DNA of 63,221 nucleotides from positions 1-63,221 of the forward strand of contig LWCA01000066.1 of the NCBI GenBank assembly GCA_001642005.1. Reading direction: 5' to 3'. The number at the start of each line of letters is the position of its first letter. Within the stretch, counting starts at the first letter, position 1. The DNA is from Intoshia linei. Lineage: Eukaryota > Animalia > Orthonectida. Under the pieces are notes generated by a model. The model was not told the DNA's origin. It saw only the letters and a list, made by a program, of their open reading frames with translations, and did no database searches. A program made the translations under genes and the position numbers. Below are positions 20,800 to 34,915 of this stretch, in pieces.

Positions 20800-23700
20800 A
20801 AAATGGTTGTATAATAAATTAATGTAATCGTAAATGCTACTCCAGGATGGTTGTGATTTTTCTACTATATCAACGTCCTATTTTAACATTAATTGTTGTA
20901 TTTAATATTTTACCAATATTTTTGGTATTCCTTCCGTTTCAGCTACCAATATGGCTAATTTCATGTTATCAATCTAAAATATAACACATTAATTCAGTGC
21001 ACTGGATTATACCACTGCAGTGGTTCTTAATTTTAATGCATAACGCAACTAAATTTTTAGTAGCCCTATCCATAGTATGGACAGAACCGACTCTACCAAT
21101 CTTGATGCTACCGAATATGAAAAATAGGCTCAATAAAATTTTAACAAACCAAGTGTAGTGTTATATATTCAGCATTCTCTCCAAGGCTCTCTATTTGACA
21201 TTTTTAATGTTAATTTTCAAAAATATGGTCCGAAGAGGAGTCTCGGTCCAGTAGATTAGAAATTAAAGAAATTTTTAGTACTACTTTTCTTAAACCACTC
21301 TTTAAACTATATTAAATATGCCATTTCCTAAATACCATATTTAAATTTGTCTAAAAATATGTATGCTTAAATACATTCATGTTATTTATAAATGCTATTA
21401 AAATTTAAGTTTTACCGGCTTATTCTTGTATACTTGGTAAACACTTATTTTGTCGGGTAAAAAATTGTGCAGAATAAGACATAATTCTTTTCCACTAAAC
21501 CAAACCGCATATGAAGTGCTCATTCTTATACTCTAAAAATAATGCTATTTTAATTTTTAAATTCAGGGTTTCCCAACTCTGGTATTTAAATTTTGATGGG
21601 CGTTTTCGAAAACTCAAAACGAAAGAAGAGTCGAAACTAGGATTGGAGAAGAAATAGGTACCACATGACCGGGCTTACTATTTAAATTTATTAATTGGTA
21701 TTGTTGGAAAATTTTATTTTGAATGATGAGTCAACCAATGCGATTTTTAATTTTCAGACAATTAACGATCAATTATAATTTATAAGTGTACACGTCAATT
21801 TTTAAAAAAAAATTGGCAAACATTCATTTGAGCGACATAATCATAGATTTTGAAGATAATTTTGGGATGAAAATTTGACCACTATTTAGTAGAGTTTTTA
21901 AGGGAACATTTTTTTAATATTTTAAAAATAATTTTTCGACTAAAATTTTGTAGGGTTTTAAGGGAATATTTTTGGGACGAAAATTTGGTAGGGTTATTAA
22001 AAAAACATTTTTTTAATATTTTGAAAATAATTTTTTGACTAAAATTTTGTAGGATTTTCAAAATGTTTAAAAATTATGTGGAAAATAATATTACCTTAAA
22101 AACTCTACCAAATTCTGGTCGAAAAATTATCATCAAAATCTTTAAAAATTGGATAAAAAAACTTCCTTAAAAACCATTCATAATTGTCTTCAAAATCGGT
22201 AAAATTGGATGAAAAAATTTTCCCTAAAGAAACTCACAAAAACTTCGAAGAAATTTATATTGAGAATACAATTTCCTGTAGGCTCTCCACAGCCCAGGTC
22301 AAATGGTAATGCGATATAGCCATAACCACGTCTCCAGGGCTCTGGGTTTTATATGGCCACATTTTATTCGATTGAAAAATTTCAATTCCATACACTCCTC
22401 AAGGAAGTATTCTCGCGTGAGTCATTTCGCTAATTTCATTTCATTAATGTTAAATATATTTAATGAAATGGGGCCATTTGGTGGATACCTCAGTGGGTAG
22501 GGGTTTATCTATTTGTAGCAGGATTTTCCATCCTTTCCTAAATTATCCGTTCCCACCCGTTGAAGGTTACCTAACAAAAAAAATGGACAATTACATATTT
22601 TTCCAAAATATCGTTACACCAATTAAGTATTTCTTTTCGTTTATGAGAATGATTATAATTACTAACTTTTTGTACAATCATGCTTTCCGATTTGGATCTT
22701 ATAATTATTAGAATATATAAAATTTACAAACCAAATTACATATTATCCGTTTCACTATCAGACAGACAAAGACGTCTTTGTAATTTTAATTTTGATATAT
22801 TCGATCGCATACTAATCTTTAAATCAATATTTTTCTGACATTCTTTATTCAAAGTATTAATATTATTTGTTTCCTTTTCCTTAAAACTACATTTATTGAA
22901 ATCGAGACAATCTTTTTGTGTTTTAAAGTATTTTTTGATTTTATAAATTTCATCATTAATCGTATAAATTTCTTTAGCCAATTGTGAACATCGTTTAATA
23001 TTATGAACTGTAATGTTTGAAATTTTATGAGATTTGGTGGTTGGTTTTTCTAATTTTTAATTAACAAATTCTAATAAATTAATTGTAAATAAAAATATAC
23101 CTATATTGATAAAATCATGAAAATTTTGAATAACATTATCAAATTCGCGTTGATTAGATTGAGAATCTCTGATACATATCAATGGATTCAAACAAATATT
23201 TACCCCGACAATACTATTAGTTTTATTATTTTTACTTTTAAAACTACCTTGTCGTTTTTTGGAAATTTCAGCAGTTTTTTGAAACGCATTTGTACTATCA
23301 GAGAATGATCTCTTGACACTGCCGTCTTTTCGATTTGATTTTACAAATGACAAGATATCACCATACAAATTTCCAATTTCATTATTTTGCACATTATGAA
23401 TTTTTTTCAACAAGTAATTGTTATTAATGGTTTGTTGTAAAATGTTATTATAAATCGTTGACGAATTGGCCAATTCTTTTCGATGGTTATACCATTGTAG
23501 TATAATTTTTTGTAGTTTCGAATTGGAATCAACATGTTGTTTTCTATTTTTTATGGGTTGTTCGTCGTCCTTCATGTATAATTCATCCAAATGAGATATT
23601 TGAATATTAAAATTGTGCAATTTTTTTTGCATTGATTTAGCAATTATAGTCAATTGTTGATTCTTTTGTCGCAATCTAAAATTACACAATTAATTTACAA

Positions 23701-24478
23701 AAATCTTTAAATTGTACCTTTGATTTTGAAGAATCAGTGATAAAACTTTAGTCTTATTGTTAACATTACTTTTAGTTGGCAATTTCACATGGTATGGGTT
23801 TCTAACAGAAATTACTTTTTTATTTAGATAATCTTCATATTTAAAATCTCTTATAACATCATCAATAATACTATGTTTACGATTAATGTCGTCGTGTTTT
23901 AAAAAATATTGTTGTAAAAGTACAATCAAATAATTAGATTTATGGTTTATTTCAACATCTTTAAATTCATTGAAATGTAAATTATTTTGTTCGTCTATCC
24001 ATTCTCTGATATCGTCATTTGTCTTTTCTTTAATTTCCCAAGTGTTTATCAATTTAGCCAAAGAAATTTCATCAACATTTAAATCAATTTTATTCTTTGG
24101 ATTTTGATCGGCAAAAAATTTTATCGATTCTGACGTAAAACTGTTTCTTTTATAATAATTTGCCGTTCCAGTACGGTTTTTTCTTTTCTCAATGATGGTA
24201 CTTAAATCGACACTTCTTCGAATGTTATCCAAATTACGACGTACATATTTCTTCTTTTCTACGTCTATTCCCAGTACCTTTAAATTTGAAAAACTCTTGT
24301 GAATTAAATGAGAATCTTTTTCAAAACGCTTTTTTAAATCACAAACAATTGAATATTTTTTGTTTTCATCAAATATAGTAATTGGTATTATCATTTTAGA
24401 TAAAAATTCTTGGTCGCATTTCAGTTGTGAATCATTCATCAGAGATAAATTTTTGAAATAATCGTTTAAGTGTTTCAT
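20791..24478 (-). CDS. Coiled-coil protein with C-terminal calponin-homology domain, cytospin/SPECC1-like (extra 5' exons possible)
   Basis: Large exons (ORFs 24478-23690, 23689-23057, 22981-22736), then KRKEILNWCN, WFSGKELCLILHNFLPDKI, NMKLAILVAETEGIPKILDVD..PSWSSIYDYINLLYNHFSK*, paralleling the SPECC1L C-terminal CH domain. Confidence 0.75.
21820..22250. repeat. Dispersed repeat family with internal TTTTAAGGGAATATTTTT-type arrays
   Basis: Shared head ATTCATTTGAGCGACATAATCAT and repeated units; other copies at about 27955-28335 and 31165-31765; right halves carry inverted units. Confidence 0.7.
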
Positions 24479-25025
24479 TATGTCAACATTAAAAATTTGC
24501 TGATGTGCTTTGTTTACTTATATATTTAAAATCACATTATGCATTTTATCTGGAATCTATTACTAAGTGTTTATCGGGCGTTTTTGGTGCATTAGGGACT
24601 AGGGAAGAAATTTAAAAAGTTGGGTCACTGGTATTAATAATATTAATAACATTGCCATCTCTATAAATGCATTCAAATCATGCTGTGTAAGATTTTGCAA
24701 GGAAAAACTGCAAATCTAAGAAAAATGTAACCATTTCTGCAACAAACAAAAAACCTAATAACCCACAGTAATAGAAATTTTAAATATTGATGTATGTAAA
24801 TAATATGTTTAGTAAGCCTAAAGAAAAAATATATATCAATAAAAAACCTCCATTTTACCAATCCCTATTAGAATAATTCGGGCTAACGGATTCTTAACAG
24901 TAATAATCTCTGAATGAAGCAGTGTATTTCTGACACACCTTGGGAAACACAAACAATAAACTGATAATTACAAAATGAATATACAAATTTTTATTTAATA
25001 CACTTGTACAATTTTACAGCAAAAA

Positions 25026-28000
25026 TTAATTCAGACCAACATCACGGATGATATCTTTCTTTGATTTACCGGTATTTTCTTCAATTACAGCCACAATTTC
25101 ACTTACCTATTTTACTTAAATATATAGTATATAATAGATTTTCTTAATACGGACTGATAAAATTAAATAAACGAGTGACCTAAAAACCAATTCACGTAAG
25201 CTATTATGATCAGCGGTTGTAAATCGTTTTCGAGATTACTTTATCATTTGTATGACCAAAACGGTTATAATCAAAAACAGCTTAAATTATATGGAAAAAT
25301 TATTTATAAAAGTTATTAACTGGGGTATGGCCTGGTCTGAATAATTTACGAGTTCGTACTACGGATTCATACATGATTTTCGGTAATTTAACGGACCTAA
25401 TATAATTAAAAAATTCATTTTTAATTTATTCACTTTAGTTACAGTTACTTTTCATTTTATTCAAGCTGCCAGAAATTTTATAATTTCAACCAGTCACGGT
25501 AATCTTGATTATACTTAAACTCAGCGCGGAGCCTATCGTATACCATACATTCTTCAGGGGCCTCGATGAAATTTTGTAAAATGGGAACCTTGTTTTTTCA
25601 AAATGAGCATTAAAAAATTTAGATTGTTGAATATCATAACTATTTTGTGTTGAATTTAAATACCCAGTCAAAAGTTTTGAAAAGGTAACTAGGGCTATAT
25701 GACATTATTTTGTTACCAAATAGTTGTTTTCACAAATACCAAAAAATTCATAACCACGCTAGCAAATGTGTGTAAAAGCGTCAACCTTTATTTTATTTAA
25801 AAAAAATTACTATTCTTTTTCTTTGTGAACAAATTTTATTGTAATCTTTTTTTTTTTTTAAGAGCTAAAATAATAATATACAACAGGGTTCCCACACTTT
25901 TTTCATGGCGGACCGGTAATAAATTATAACATTTATCGTGAAGCATTAAAGCGAAATTACTAGGCAATATTAATAAAAATTTGATAAAAAGCGTGATTAA
26001 TAGACTTTTAATTAGTAAAAAAATTTTACAATTATTTCGCGGATCGCATATGAGAAACGCTGATATACTGTTTAATAATAATTATTATTGTTAGAATACT
26101 ATTAAAAATTATGTGTACTTAGAAAAATTACTATTTAAAATGAATGAATAATAAATATTAATGCATTGGTATGTATGAAATCTTAAAAACACTTATAAAC
26201 TAATGGTATATATCAGTGATGGCAAAAAATGTGTGTTTTCGTGTTAAAAATAGACGCTTGACGTATTTTGTAAGAGATCTCAAACAATATACACAAATAT
26301 GTATAATATACAATATAATATACATTGTACACCTTAAAATTAATAAAAATTGATATTATTAAAAAGATTCCATGAGTAAACAAGGTTCTCTTGCGTATCA
26401 GTGAAATCTACAAGCTTTGTTTAAGTAACATTGTTTATTTTATCGATAAAATTACCGAAAATTACTATTACTTTAATTTATTAATTAATTATTTTTACTA
26501 ATTTTCTCTCATATAGTAAAAAAATTAGTTTTAATTACAATTGACGGGACCGGATAAATGTTTTTATTAGAAAACCCAAAATATAATTTTTGTCTCAAAA
26601 TTAACACACCACATTTAATTTGGTTACCATCACTGACAATTACAAGTACATGCTAATGAGCAATTAGTAATGACTATAAAATATATGAATTTTTAAATTG
26701 GCTCAATTTCTAAAGATATTTACGAATTATTTCTATACGTTACAATAAAACCCCATTCACAATTTTACAATCATTTACAAGTCAATACAAATATTATAAT
26801 AATTATTATAATGTAACCTTATCCAATAAATTATTATCGATAGGATCTTTATAAGTGTCTTTTAATTTCTTTAATTTTTCTGATAATATTATGATCTAAT
26901 TAACAAAAAGATTAAAACTACACATCATGTACGTAATATAAAATGGATAACACAATATAGTTACATTCGAAAATCAAAATTATTAACATAAATAAATATG
27001 TAAACCAGACACAACAAAATTTATCATTTTTATCATTCAATTTTACGACATATCAATGAAAAGTTGTTCCCCTTAGAAAACCACTGATGTGCATCAAGAT
27101 TTTTCAAAATAAATTTTGAATATTAACATTAAAATAGACTCTTAAAAACTTTTTGTGTGGATTATAGAACAACAAGAATATACCACATTATAAATACTTT
27201 TAATAGGGCTATTATTTGATCATACAGCAATTCAAAACTATAAGTTTATAAAAATTGAAGCGATACATTCAGAGCCTACCGTACAAAGACTTTTTTAGTA
27301 GGCTCGACGAAATTTTTGTAAAATGAGGGCTTTTTTTTAAATTAAGCACACTAAAAAAATAAATTATTTACAATGTTAATACCATAACTATTTTGTGCTT
27401 TTTTTATATTTTGTGAACAAATTTAAATGACCCTTGAATAGATGACACTATCATCGTTTTGGAATTTTTTTTAGGCCCTATTTTTAATTTTCGGGGATAT
27501 CGAGTTTATTTTATTAAATATTCTTTAACATAAAGAATTTTAAATTCAAAAAAATATTTTAATAATTTCAATAATCTTAAAATTTTTCAAATCCATATGG
27601 ACCCAATGGCATCCCGACCCTATACTAAAAAATATTTAAAATTAACATTTTTTTCGGTTTGTTCATTTTCTGAGATGGCTTCTTCTGTTGAAATATTTTT
27701 TTTTAAACCATTCAAATCTAAAAATTAATATTTAACTACATGTATAAGATTTTCAGGTGAGTTTAACAATTTTTAGTATTTAACATTCGAGTATATTTAT
27801 TAACTTTGGTCTTGGCCTTGAAGAGCCAACGGTGTTTCAGCTAATATAAAAATTGTAGGCCCTATAAACAAATTTCCAAAAAATTAGTTCCTCTATCCGT
27901 TGTTTAATCTAGCGTTTTTTTAAATTTTTTCTAAAATAACATTAATATCGGCGAATATTCATGTTGAGCGACATAATCATTGATTTTGTTAATTAATCAT

Positions 28001-29323
28001 AATATTGATTTTTGACCATATTTTTGTTATTTCTTTAATGACAATGTCCAACATTTGTATGGTTTTTAAGGGAATATTTTTTTACACATAATTTAAGGTC
28101 CAAAATTTTGTAGGATTTTTAAGGGTATTTTTTTAACCATTTTTAAAAGGCTTTGAAAACAATTTTGTAACTATTTTTTTAAAAAGGTTTTAAAGACAAT
28201 TTTGGGACTAAAATTACGTAGTGTTTTTAATGAAATATTTTTTTACAATTTTTTAAAGATTTTGAAGACAATTTATAGGACCAAAATTTTGAAACCAAAA
28301 TTTCCTAGGGATTTTAAGGGAATATTTTTTTATCATTTTTTATCATATGTATCTGTAATTTTCTTAAATAAACTGGAACAAACAATCAAATAAATAAACA
28401 GACATATATTTTCAACTATTTTACTTTATATAATTGTAAAATTAAGGATATGTAATAATATAATCTGTAATACATATGTATGTAAAATATCACATATGAA
28501 ATAATTAATGATCCAAGAATTACAAAAACATTATTCTGATAGAGCTTATTCCAGTTGATATAAATAAAAAATTTCAACCACATAAATCTACGTATACCTG
28601 GTCAAAATTAACTTTTAATATGTAATCAACCAATATTTTTAAAATTTGTTAATAAAAAATGAAAATAAATAATCCTTCTTCAATTTCAAAAAAAAATGGT
28701 AATTGAACGTTTAATTCAATTGAAGTAAAAAACAGACAGGCTGGTTTGAAATAAAATTAAACCTTTAGCAATTACTGCTAATTTATTCGATAATATTTTG
28801 TCTTCCTCCATCAGATTCTGAACACACCTTTCCAATTCAATAAACTGTTCGTCATTCAACTTTTCATATATTGACTGATTTACGTAATACACTTTTTGTT
28901 TTCCATAAACTTTTTCCACAATTTTATTTGCTTTCAATAATTCATCAATACACCGAATCACAACCTAAAAATAAAGAATAAAAATGGCTAGTTCACTAAA
29001 GCTATATCTGAACCAGTGTCGTGGCATATTGGCATTAATATTAGAAAAAATAAAAACATATCTATTGTAAAAATTGTATAAATTTGAGGAAATTTATTAA
29101 TGATAATTCTAATTAAAATTACAGATTTTTTAATATCCTTATGAAACTTATTGTTAACATCATTCAATGAAAATGGTCGATTTACAAATTTAACATATTC
29201 AAAAATTTGATTAGTCTCTAAAATAAAACATCATAATATCCACCCATACGACATTTACATTGTAAATTGTACGTACATTACAACATAATTATTATTGTTA
29301 CAATCCAATTAATAGTTACCCAT
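25026..29323 (-). CDS. PSMC3IP: Homologous-pairing protein 2 (HOP2/TBPIP)
   Basis: METNQIFEYVKFVNRPFSLNDV..KKSVVIRCIDEL..IVEKVYGKQKVYYVNQ, coiled-coil exons, C-terminal VSEIVAVIEENTGKSKKDIIRDVGLN*. Confidence 0.92.
25884..26062. mobile_element. hAT (Charlie/Buster-type) MITE
   Basis: TIRs CAGGGTT(C)CCACA / TGAGAAACGCTG, 8-bp flanks atatacaa/atatactg; inverted homologous copy at about 9460-9632. Confidence 0.7.
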
Positions 29324-29608
29324 ATATAGATTAAAGTCTTAAAATAAACCAACAATTGTTAAATTAACTGATTTTTCCAAGTTTTCAAAATGAGAAAAAT
29401 TTTAACAATTCTTAAAATGAAATTTATAAATAAATAACGATATTTAAATTTGACAAATACACCAATATGCAAGTGTAGATATAAAATGATAAGAGAAATT
29501 TAGTCAAGTAAATGGAAAATTGCGCAAGTTTTTAAATATTAATCAAGTTTTTTTGATATTGATAAAATTAAAATATTCCCACTCAATCTTTTAATCAATT
29601 AATAAAAT

Positions 29609-31962
29609 ATGAATGAATATTCAGGTTTTTATTTTTTACTTATTTCGTATAAACTATGATTTAGATGAAGATTCCAATTTAGAACTTGTAAATAACATTT
29701 TACTAAACTTATTTTACTAAATTTACTAAAACAGGCGAGATTGCAATATTATGAAAATGTAATTTTAAGCAACAGTTTAGAAAATTTGTCTATTTCTGAT
29801 GATATTTCTCTAAAAGATTTTTATGATTTTTATAAAAGTACAGACGATTTAAATTGTACTGTCCCAACTGAAATATTTGATAACTGCCGATATTATTTAG
29901 AGTAATTTTAAATTTTATTTTTTTGACTTGGTATGCAACATTGTATTGGTATTTTAGAATGAATTTCAATTTAATATTTTATGGAGTTGGATCAAAACGA
30001 TCAATTTTGATAAATTTTATTCAAAAGTATTTTAAGGATTACAATTGTGTCATTATTGATGGATTTCGTAAAAAACTTAAAATTCGAACAGTTTAATTAC
30101 TATTTTTGTCTATTTTATCAATGTTTTATTTTATTTTAAGGCTTTAAAAGAAATTTATGATATGTATGATAAATCTTTTGTATATACTTCATTAATGGAT
30201 TATTCCAACCATTTGTTGGATATTGTGGATAAAGGTAACAGAATAATTTGATAAATTAAACTTTTAAATTATAATTAGATAATCAATTAATAATTTTAAT
30301 CAACAATATTGATGGACCAATATTTTGGAAAGCCGATAATTTTAAAATTATTTTAAAATACACAAAATGCAAATATATACGGATTGTTTGTAGTGTTGAT
30401 CATATTAATTCCTTTATACGTAATTTAGAAATGAAGAAAAATTAGTATTGTAATTTAATAATTTTAGTGTTTGACAGTTATTATCAACACAATTGGTTAA
30501 AAATAAATATAAACACTTTCATGGCGCATTTGATGGAAATTAATGAAACTTTTTCATTGTCTAGCGTTGGCGAATCATACAATACTGGTTGTACTTTTGA
30601 AGGATTAAAATATCTCATTAAATCCATTACGTCAAATTCTAAAAATATTTTTACCATCATTTGTCAATTTTTTAAAGATAACGATGAAGCAGAAGGTACT
30701 ATTTATGTTTTCATTGCATTCGCAATTTAACTACATTTGTACGTCGTTTTAAATGTTTTTTAATTTTTTTAAATTGCAATTTAATCAATTTTATTACTCG
30801 GTGGTAGAATGATATATTTAGCTGATAGAGTTTGTCCTGAAATCCTTTTTTATTTGATTTACATTAATTAGAATTATTTATAGGAATGAATATTGATCAA
30901 TTGTATAATACGTGCCGCGAAAATTTTTTAGTTAATTCATTAATTAACCTCAAGGCACATTTAAACGAGTTTATAGATCATAGACTGTTAAAAATTAGTA
31001 AGGTATACTTTTAATGTTTATATTTAGATTTTAAAAAAAGTTTAAAATTTTCAAATGCTCTCAATAAAATGGTGTGAAGCAAATCTTGCACAAGCCAACA
31101 TTTCCCTGTTCTTAGCAGCTTTCGTTAATTTGGTGAACATTTAGTTGATCGACATACATTTGATAGATATTCATTTGAGCGATGTATTGTTAGAGCGAAA
31201 TGATGATCGATTTTAATAATTTATCATATTATTAATTTTTCACGAAATTTTTGTGGGTTTCTTCAGGGAAAATTTTTTCACCCAATTTTAAAGATTTTGA
31301 AGATAATCTTTGAACTAAAATTTTGTACTGTTTTTAAGGGATATTTTTTAACTTTTATGGGATCTTTAAAAATTGCATGAAAAAAAATTTTCTTTAAAAA
31401 CCCTACCTAATTTGGGTTCCAAAATTATCTTAAAAATCTGGGAATTTGAAGAATTGGAATTTTAATAAAAAAATTAATTCAAAAAAAATATTCCCTTAAA
31501 AACCCTAATAAATTTTGGTCCCAAAATTATGTTCAAAATCTTTAAAAGTTGGATGAAAAAACCTACCTAATTTGGGTTCCAAAATTATATTCAAAATCTG
31601 GGAATTTGAAGAATTGAAATTTTAATAAAAAATTTTAAAATTGGATCAAAAAAAATGTTACCTTAATAAATTTTGGTCAAATAATTAGTATCAAAATCTT
31701 AAAAAATTAGGTAAAAAAATTCCTTAAAGCCCTACCAAATTTTAGACCCAAAATTATCTTCAAAATATCGTTTTGTAGTGATTTGTTCCCCTACCATGAA
31801 TCTTTATTTGTTGATAAAATAAGTGGGTGTTTTTCTTTTGTTGTTATTTCAATACATATCTTTTACATTATCATTTAGTCCAACGAATATGGAGAAATTG
31901 TTGTAATTGTTTGCAAAAAATCTATATTGGTTGATTATTTGAATTGGATCAATGAGGATTGA
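29609..31962 (+). CDS. ORC2: Origin recognition complex subunit 2 (short N-terminus)
   Basis: FNLIFYGVGSKRSIL, VIIDGF, LINNIDGP, VCSVDHINS, GLKYLIKSITSNSKNIF, LYNTCRENFLVNSLINLKAHLNEFIDHRLLK; last exon 31879-31962. Confidence 0.93.
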
Positions 31963-32979
31963 ATTTTAAATATAATATGTTGGTCAAGTAAATTAAATTG
32001 TAAATAAATAATCACTACTGTTAAAAGAATGAGAATTTTTTCGTCTTTCCCAAAAAATTGTTTTTTTACTGTGCGCATTAAGTGTTAATAAATCAAATTG
32101 AAATGCGAATAAGATTATTAGTTGTGAAAGTTTTTTTAGCGCTACATGTGCACGAGTGAAAAATGTGCCACCAATCGAAAAATATACAAAAAATTATTTT
32201 ATAAGGGTTTAACGATGCCGAAATTCGGATACTATTAGGTCGTTTCATAAATAATAATAATAATAAATAATGTCGTTTTTATTGTAACTTTATTATATCT
32301 TTACGAATATTTACTGTAAGTGCGTTATTTTTTTATTTTTATGAAATATGGACAAATGTGTATTCGATGAAAGAGTAATTTCCGATGACAAACATATTTT
32401 TAATAGTATTTAGAGAAACAAGTTGGATGATTATGAGTAGTACATTAGTACATTTTGTATTCATAATTATTATATTGTTAAAAATTTTTATGTCTTATTC
32501 CAAAATGTTGTTTAACAAATGAAGTGGGTAATATCAAAATAAGTACAGTACATGTACTGTAATATGGGTAATATAGTAAAAAAAAGTTGGAAAACACTGC
32601 TTAACCTCAGACATTCTCTACCTACTTTTAATATACTAATACTTTTTTATCTCTCGCAATAAAATAATATACAATTTATTATAAAAGCAATTGTAAGTAT
32701 ACAATGTTGTTATAAAGTACGAACAAGTAATTGTAGTTGATTTTCATTTTTCGTTAAACGAAATGCCCTTTTCATTTTAGCTATTGCTTTTTATGCTGGA
32801 TCATTGACTACGGGCGCGTCTCCTATTGGTGTCAAAAATAAATTCCTGTACACGTTATATTTAGAAAATCTTTGAATTGCAACGGAGGATATAGTTTTCA
32901 AGGAATAAATATTGTATTCCATTAATTCATTGAATCTAATTTATATAATATAAAAAAACTAAAAACATTTTAATTTACC

Positions 32980-33960
32980 TCTCAATCATTTTTTTGTCAT
33001 TATTTATTGCCCGCTTAGCTGAAGCTGCATCAAGCCAAAATATCAAGTATCCATAAATAACAAATACTATGAAACTTCTGACTTTCAGTATTCACAAGTT
33101 TTAGAATGAAAGCTTTCATAATATATAGTATCCTGCCCATCCATCTTGCTTTAGAAACCGATCCTGGTTTCTTTAATTTTACTTTTGTACCATTTACGAT
33201 AGCCAACGCCAATTCACAACATTTTGCGTAATCACCTCGACTATGATTTAAACCATCCTTAAGTTTTAGTATTGTGCATGTCATGTTGATGTCATTAAAG
33301 GTGTTAATATTTGGAGCAATTTTAGGTTTATAATATATATCATCATTATGGTCGATGTAGTATTCTTGAACCTTTTTGACTTCATCCACTGTAATTCAGG
33401 AGATGTGGCGTCGCCAAACAAGGCTCTAAAACCATGCGTCAATATAATTTCACATATATGATGACGACACGGCAAATTGAGTATATCATGTAACAAATGG
33501 GTCAAAATTTTGACACTACCTATGTTTTTAGAAATATTTGATTTAATTTTTTGCTTTTTAGTTTATTTTGCTTGACAGTTTTTAAATATTTTATTTCAAG
33601 ATGAATATAATTTTCTAATTGAATATTTGTCATTACACCAGATGAATTTTTTTTTGCATTTTAAAAAATTCTAGGTCTTCTTTAAATGTGATACTCTGAT
33701 CATCTTTGTAAAATTTGAACAAAATTTTAATTTTACTTTTAAATAAATAAAATCCGCTAGAATTGATTCGCCTTTTTGCATTCCTGTAGTTATTCCATAA
33801 TTCTTTTAACTTACTTTCCATTCTATCGACCAATACAAAATTTAAGCCAGACATTATACCAATTTTTTCAATTTCTGTGAAAATTAATCTAAAAGGTTTT
33901 ATAACCTTATTATGTTTTAATGCCAAAATTCTTTTTAATACTTGACCATTAGTTCGCAAA
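32980..33960 (-). pseudogene. Frameshifted hAT-superfamily (hATm-like) transposase relic
   Basis: Fragments TNGQVL..EDLEFFKMQK, LNLPCRHHICEIIL (CxxH), RGDYAKCCEL, PGSVSKARWMGRILY in different frames. Confidence 0.7.
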
Positions 33961-34342
33961 TTTTTCTAATCAAAATTATAACCAATATAATGTTTCACAA
34001 AAATGTTTTATCTCCGTAACTTCATTTAAGTCAATAATTTACAAAATTTCGCAAATTCACATTGATATATAATTGAATCTTTAAGTTTAATTTAATTTGA
34101 AATTTATTTATAATACAATTTATTTGCAAAATTGAACTTTATTACCACATAAATGTCTAAATCTTATTTTATTTTGCCTCACTCTAAAACAAGTTTTTAT
34201 CAAAAAATTTTTTCACTATGGTCTATGTTTTATAAAACTAAAATTCTTCGTAGTTACATACCGTGAAACACCCTAGAGTAGATGAAATTAAATAAAATTT
34301 TGAATATAAGTTACACATATATTTATGTTTAATTGGAATTAA

Positions 34343-34915
34343 TTAATATTTTGTAACACCTCCTTTAGCATGTATGAGAGCCATAATTCTCCGTGGCATA
34401 CTATTAATACAGTATTTTGCCGGTTTTTTCAAATTAGGAGAATTGTTCCATACTGTATGTAGTCGAATAATCAGTTGCGATTTTGATTTTATTGGAATTA
34501 TATAAACTTCCTCTTTCAATTGTGCCCACACATTTTCGATTGAGTTCATATTTGGGGAATTTCCGGACCATTCAAAAACGGTAATCTTTTCATTTTAGAA
34601 ATATGAAGTTGCAGATTTGCCTTTGTGACATGGAGCAGAATCATGTGGGAATATATACTCTTGATCAATGTGCCGTTGTGTCATTTCATCAAAAAAATTG
34701 TTTAATACATTTTTATAGGTATGCTGGTTCATTATACCTTCACAAATCTGTAATTAACCCATTCCCACAGAAGATATAGCCCCCAACCAATACTTTTTGT
34801 TGGAAATTTTATTGTTTGCATGATGCATTCTGGCCTTGATGATTCGCATAATCTTCTGCGCACATTTTTACATTGATTGCCCATCACACAAATCATTGAT
34901 TCGTCCGAAAAAATT
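34343..34915 (-). pseudogene. Tc1/mariner DDE transposase relic
   Basis: IFSDES, WGAISSVGMG, HDSAPCHKAK, WSGNSPNMNSIENVWAQLK, INSMPRRIMALIHAKGGVTKY, with stops and frameshifts. Confidence 0.9.

Noticed and set aside
22272-22576. Assignment as RNase P/MRP, SRP, telomerase RNA or group I intron
   Set aside because: Only isolated word matches; the P4 pseudoknot strands, SRP helix 8, telomere template and P7 core were not found. Kept as unassigned.
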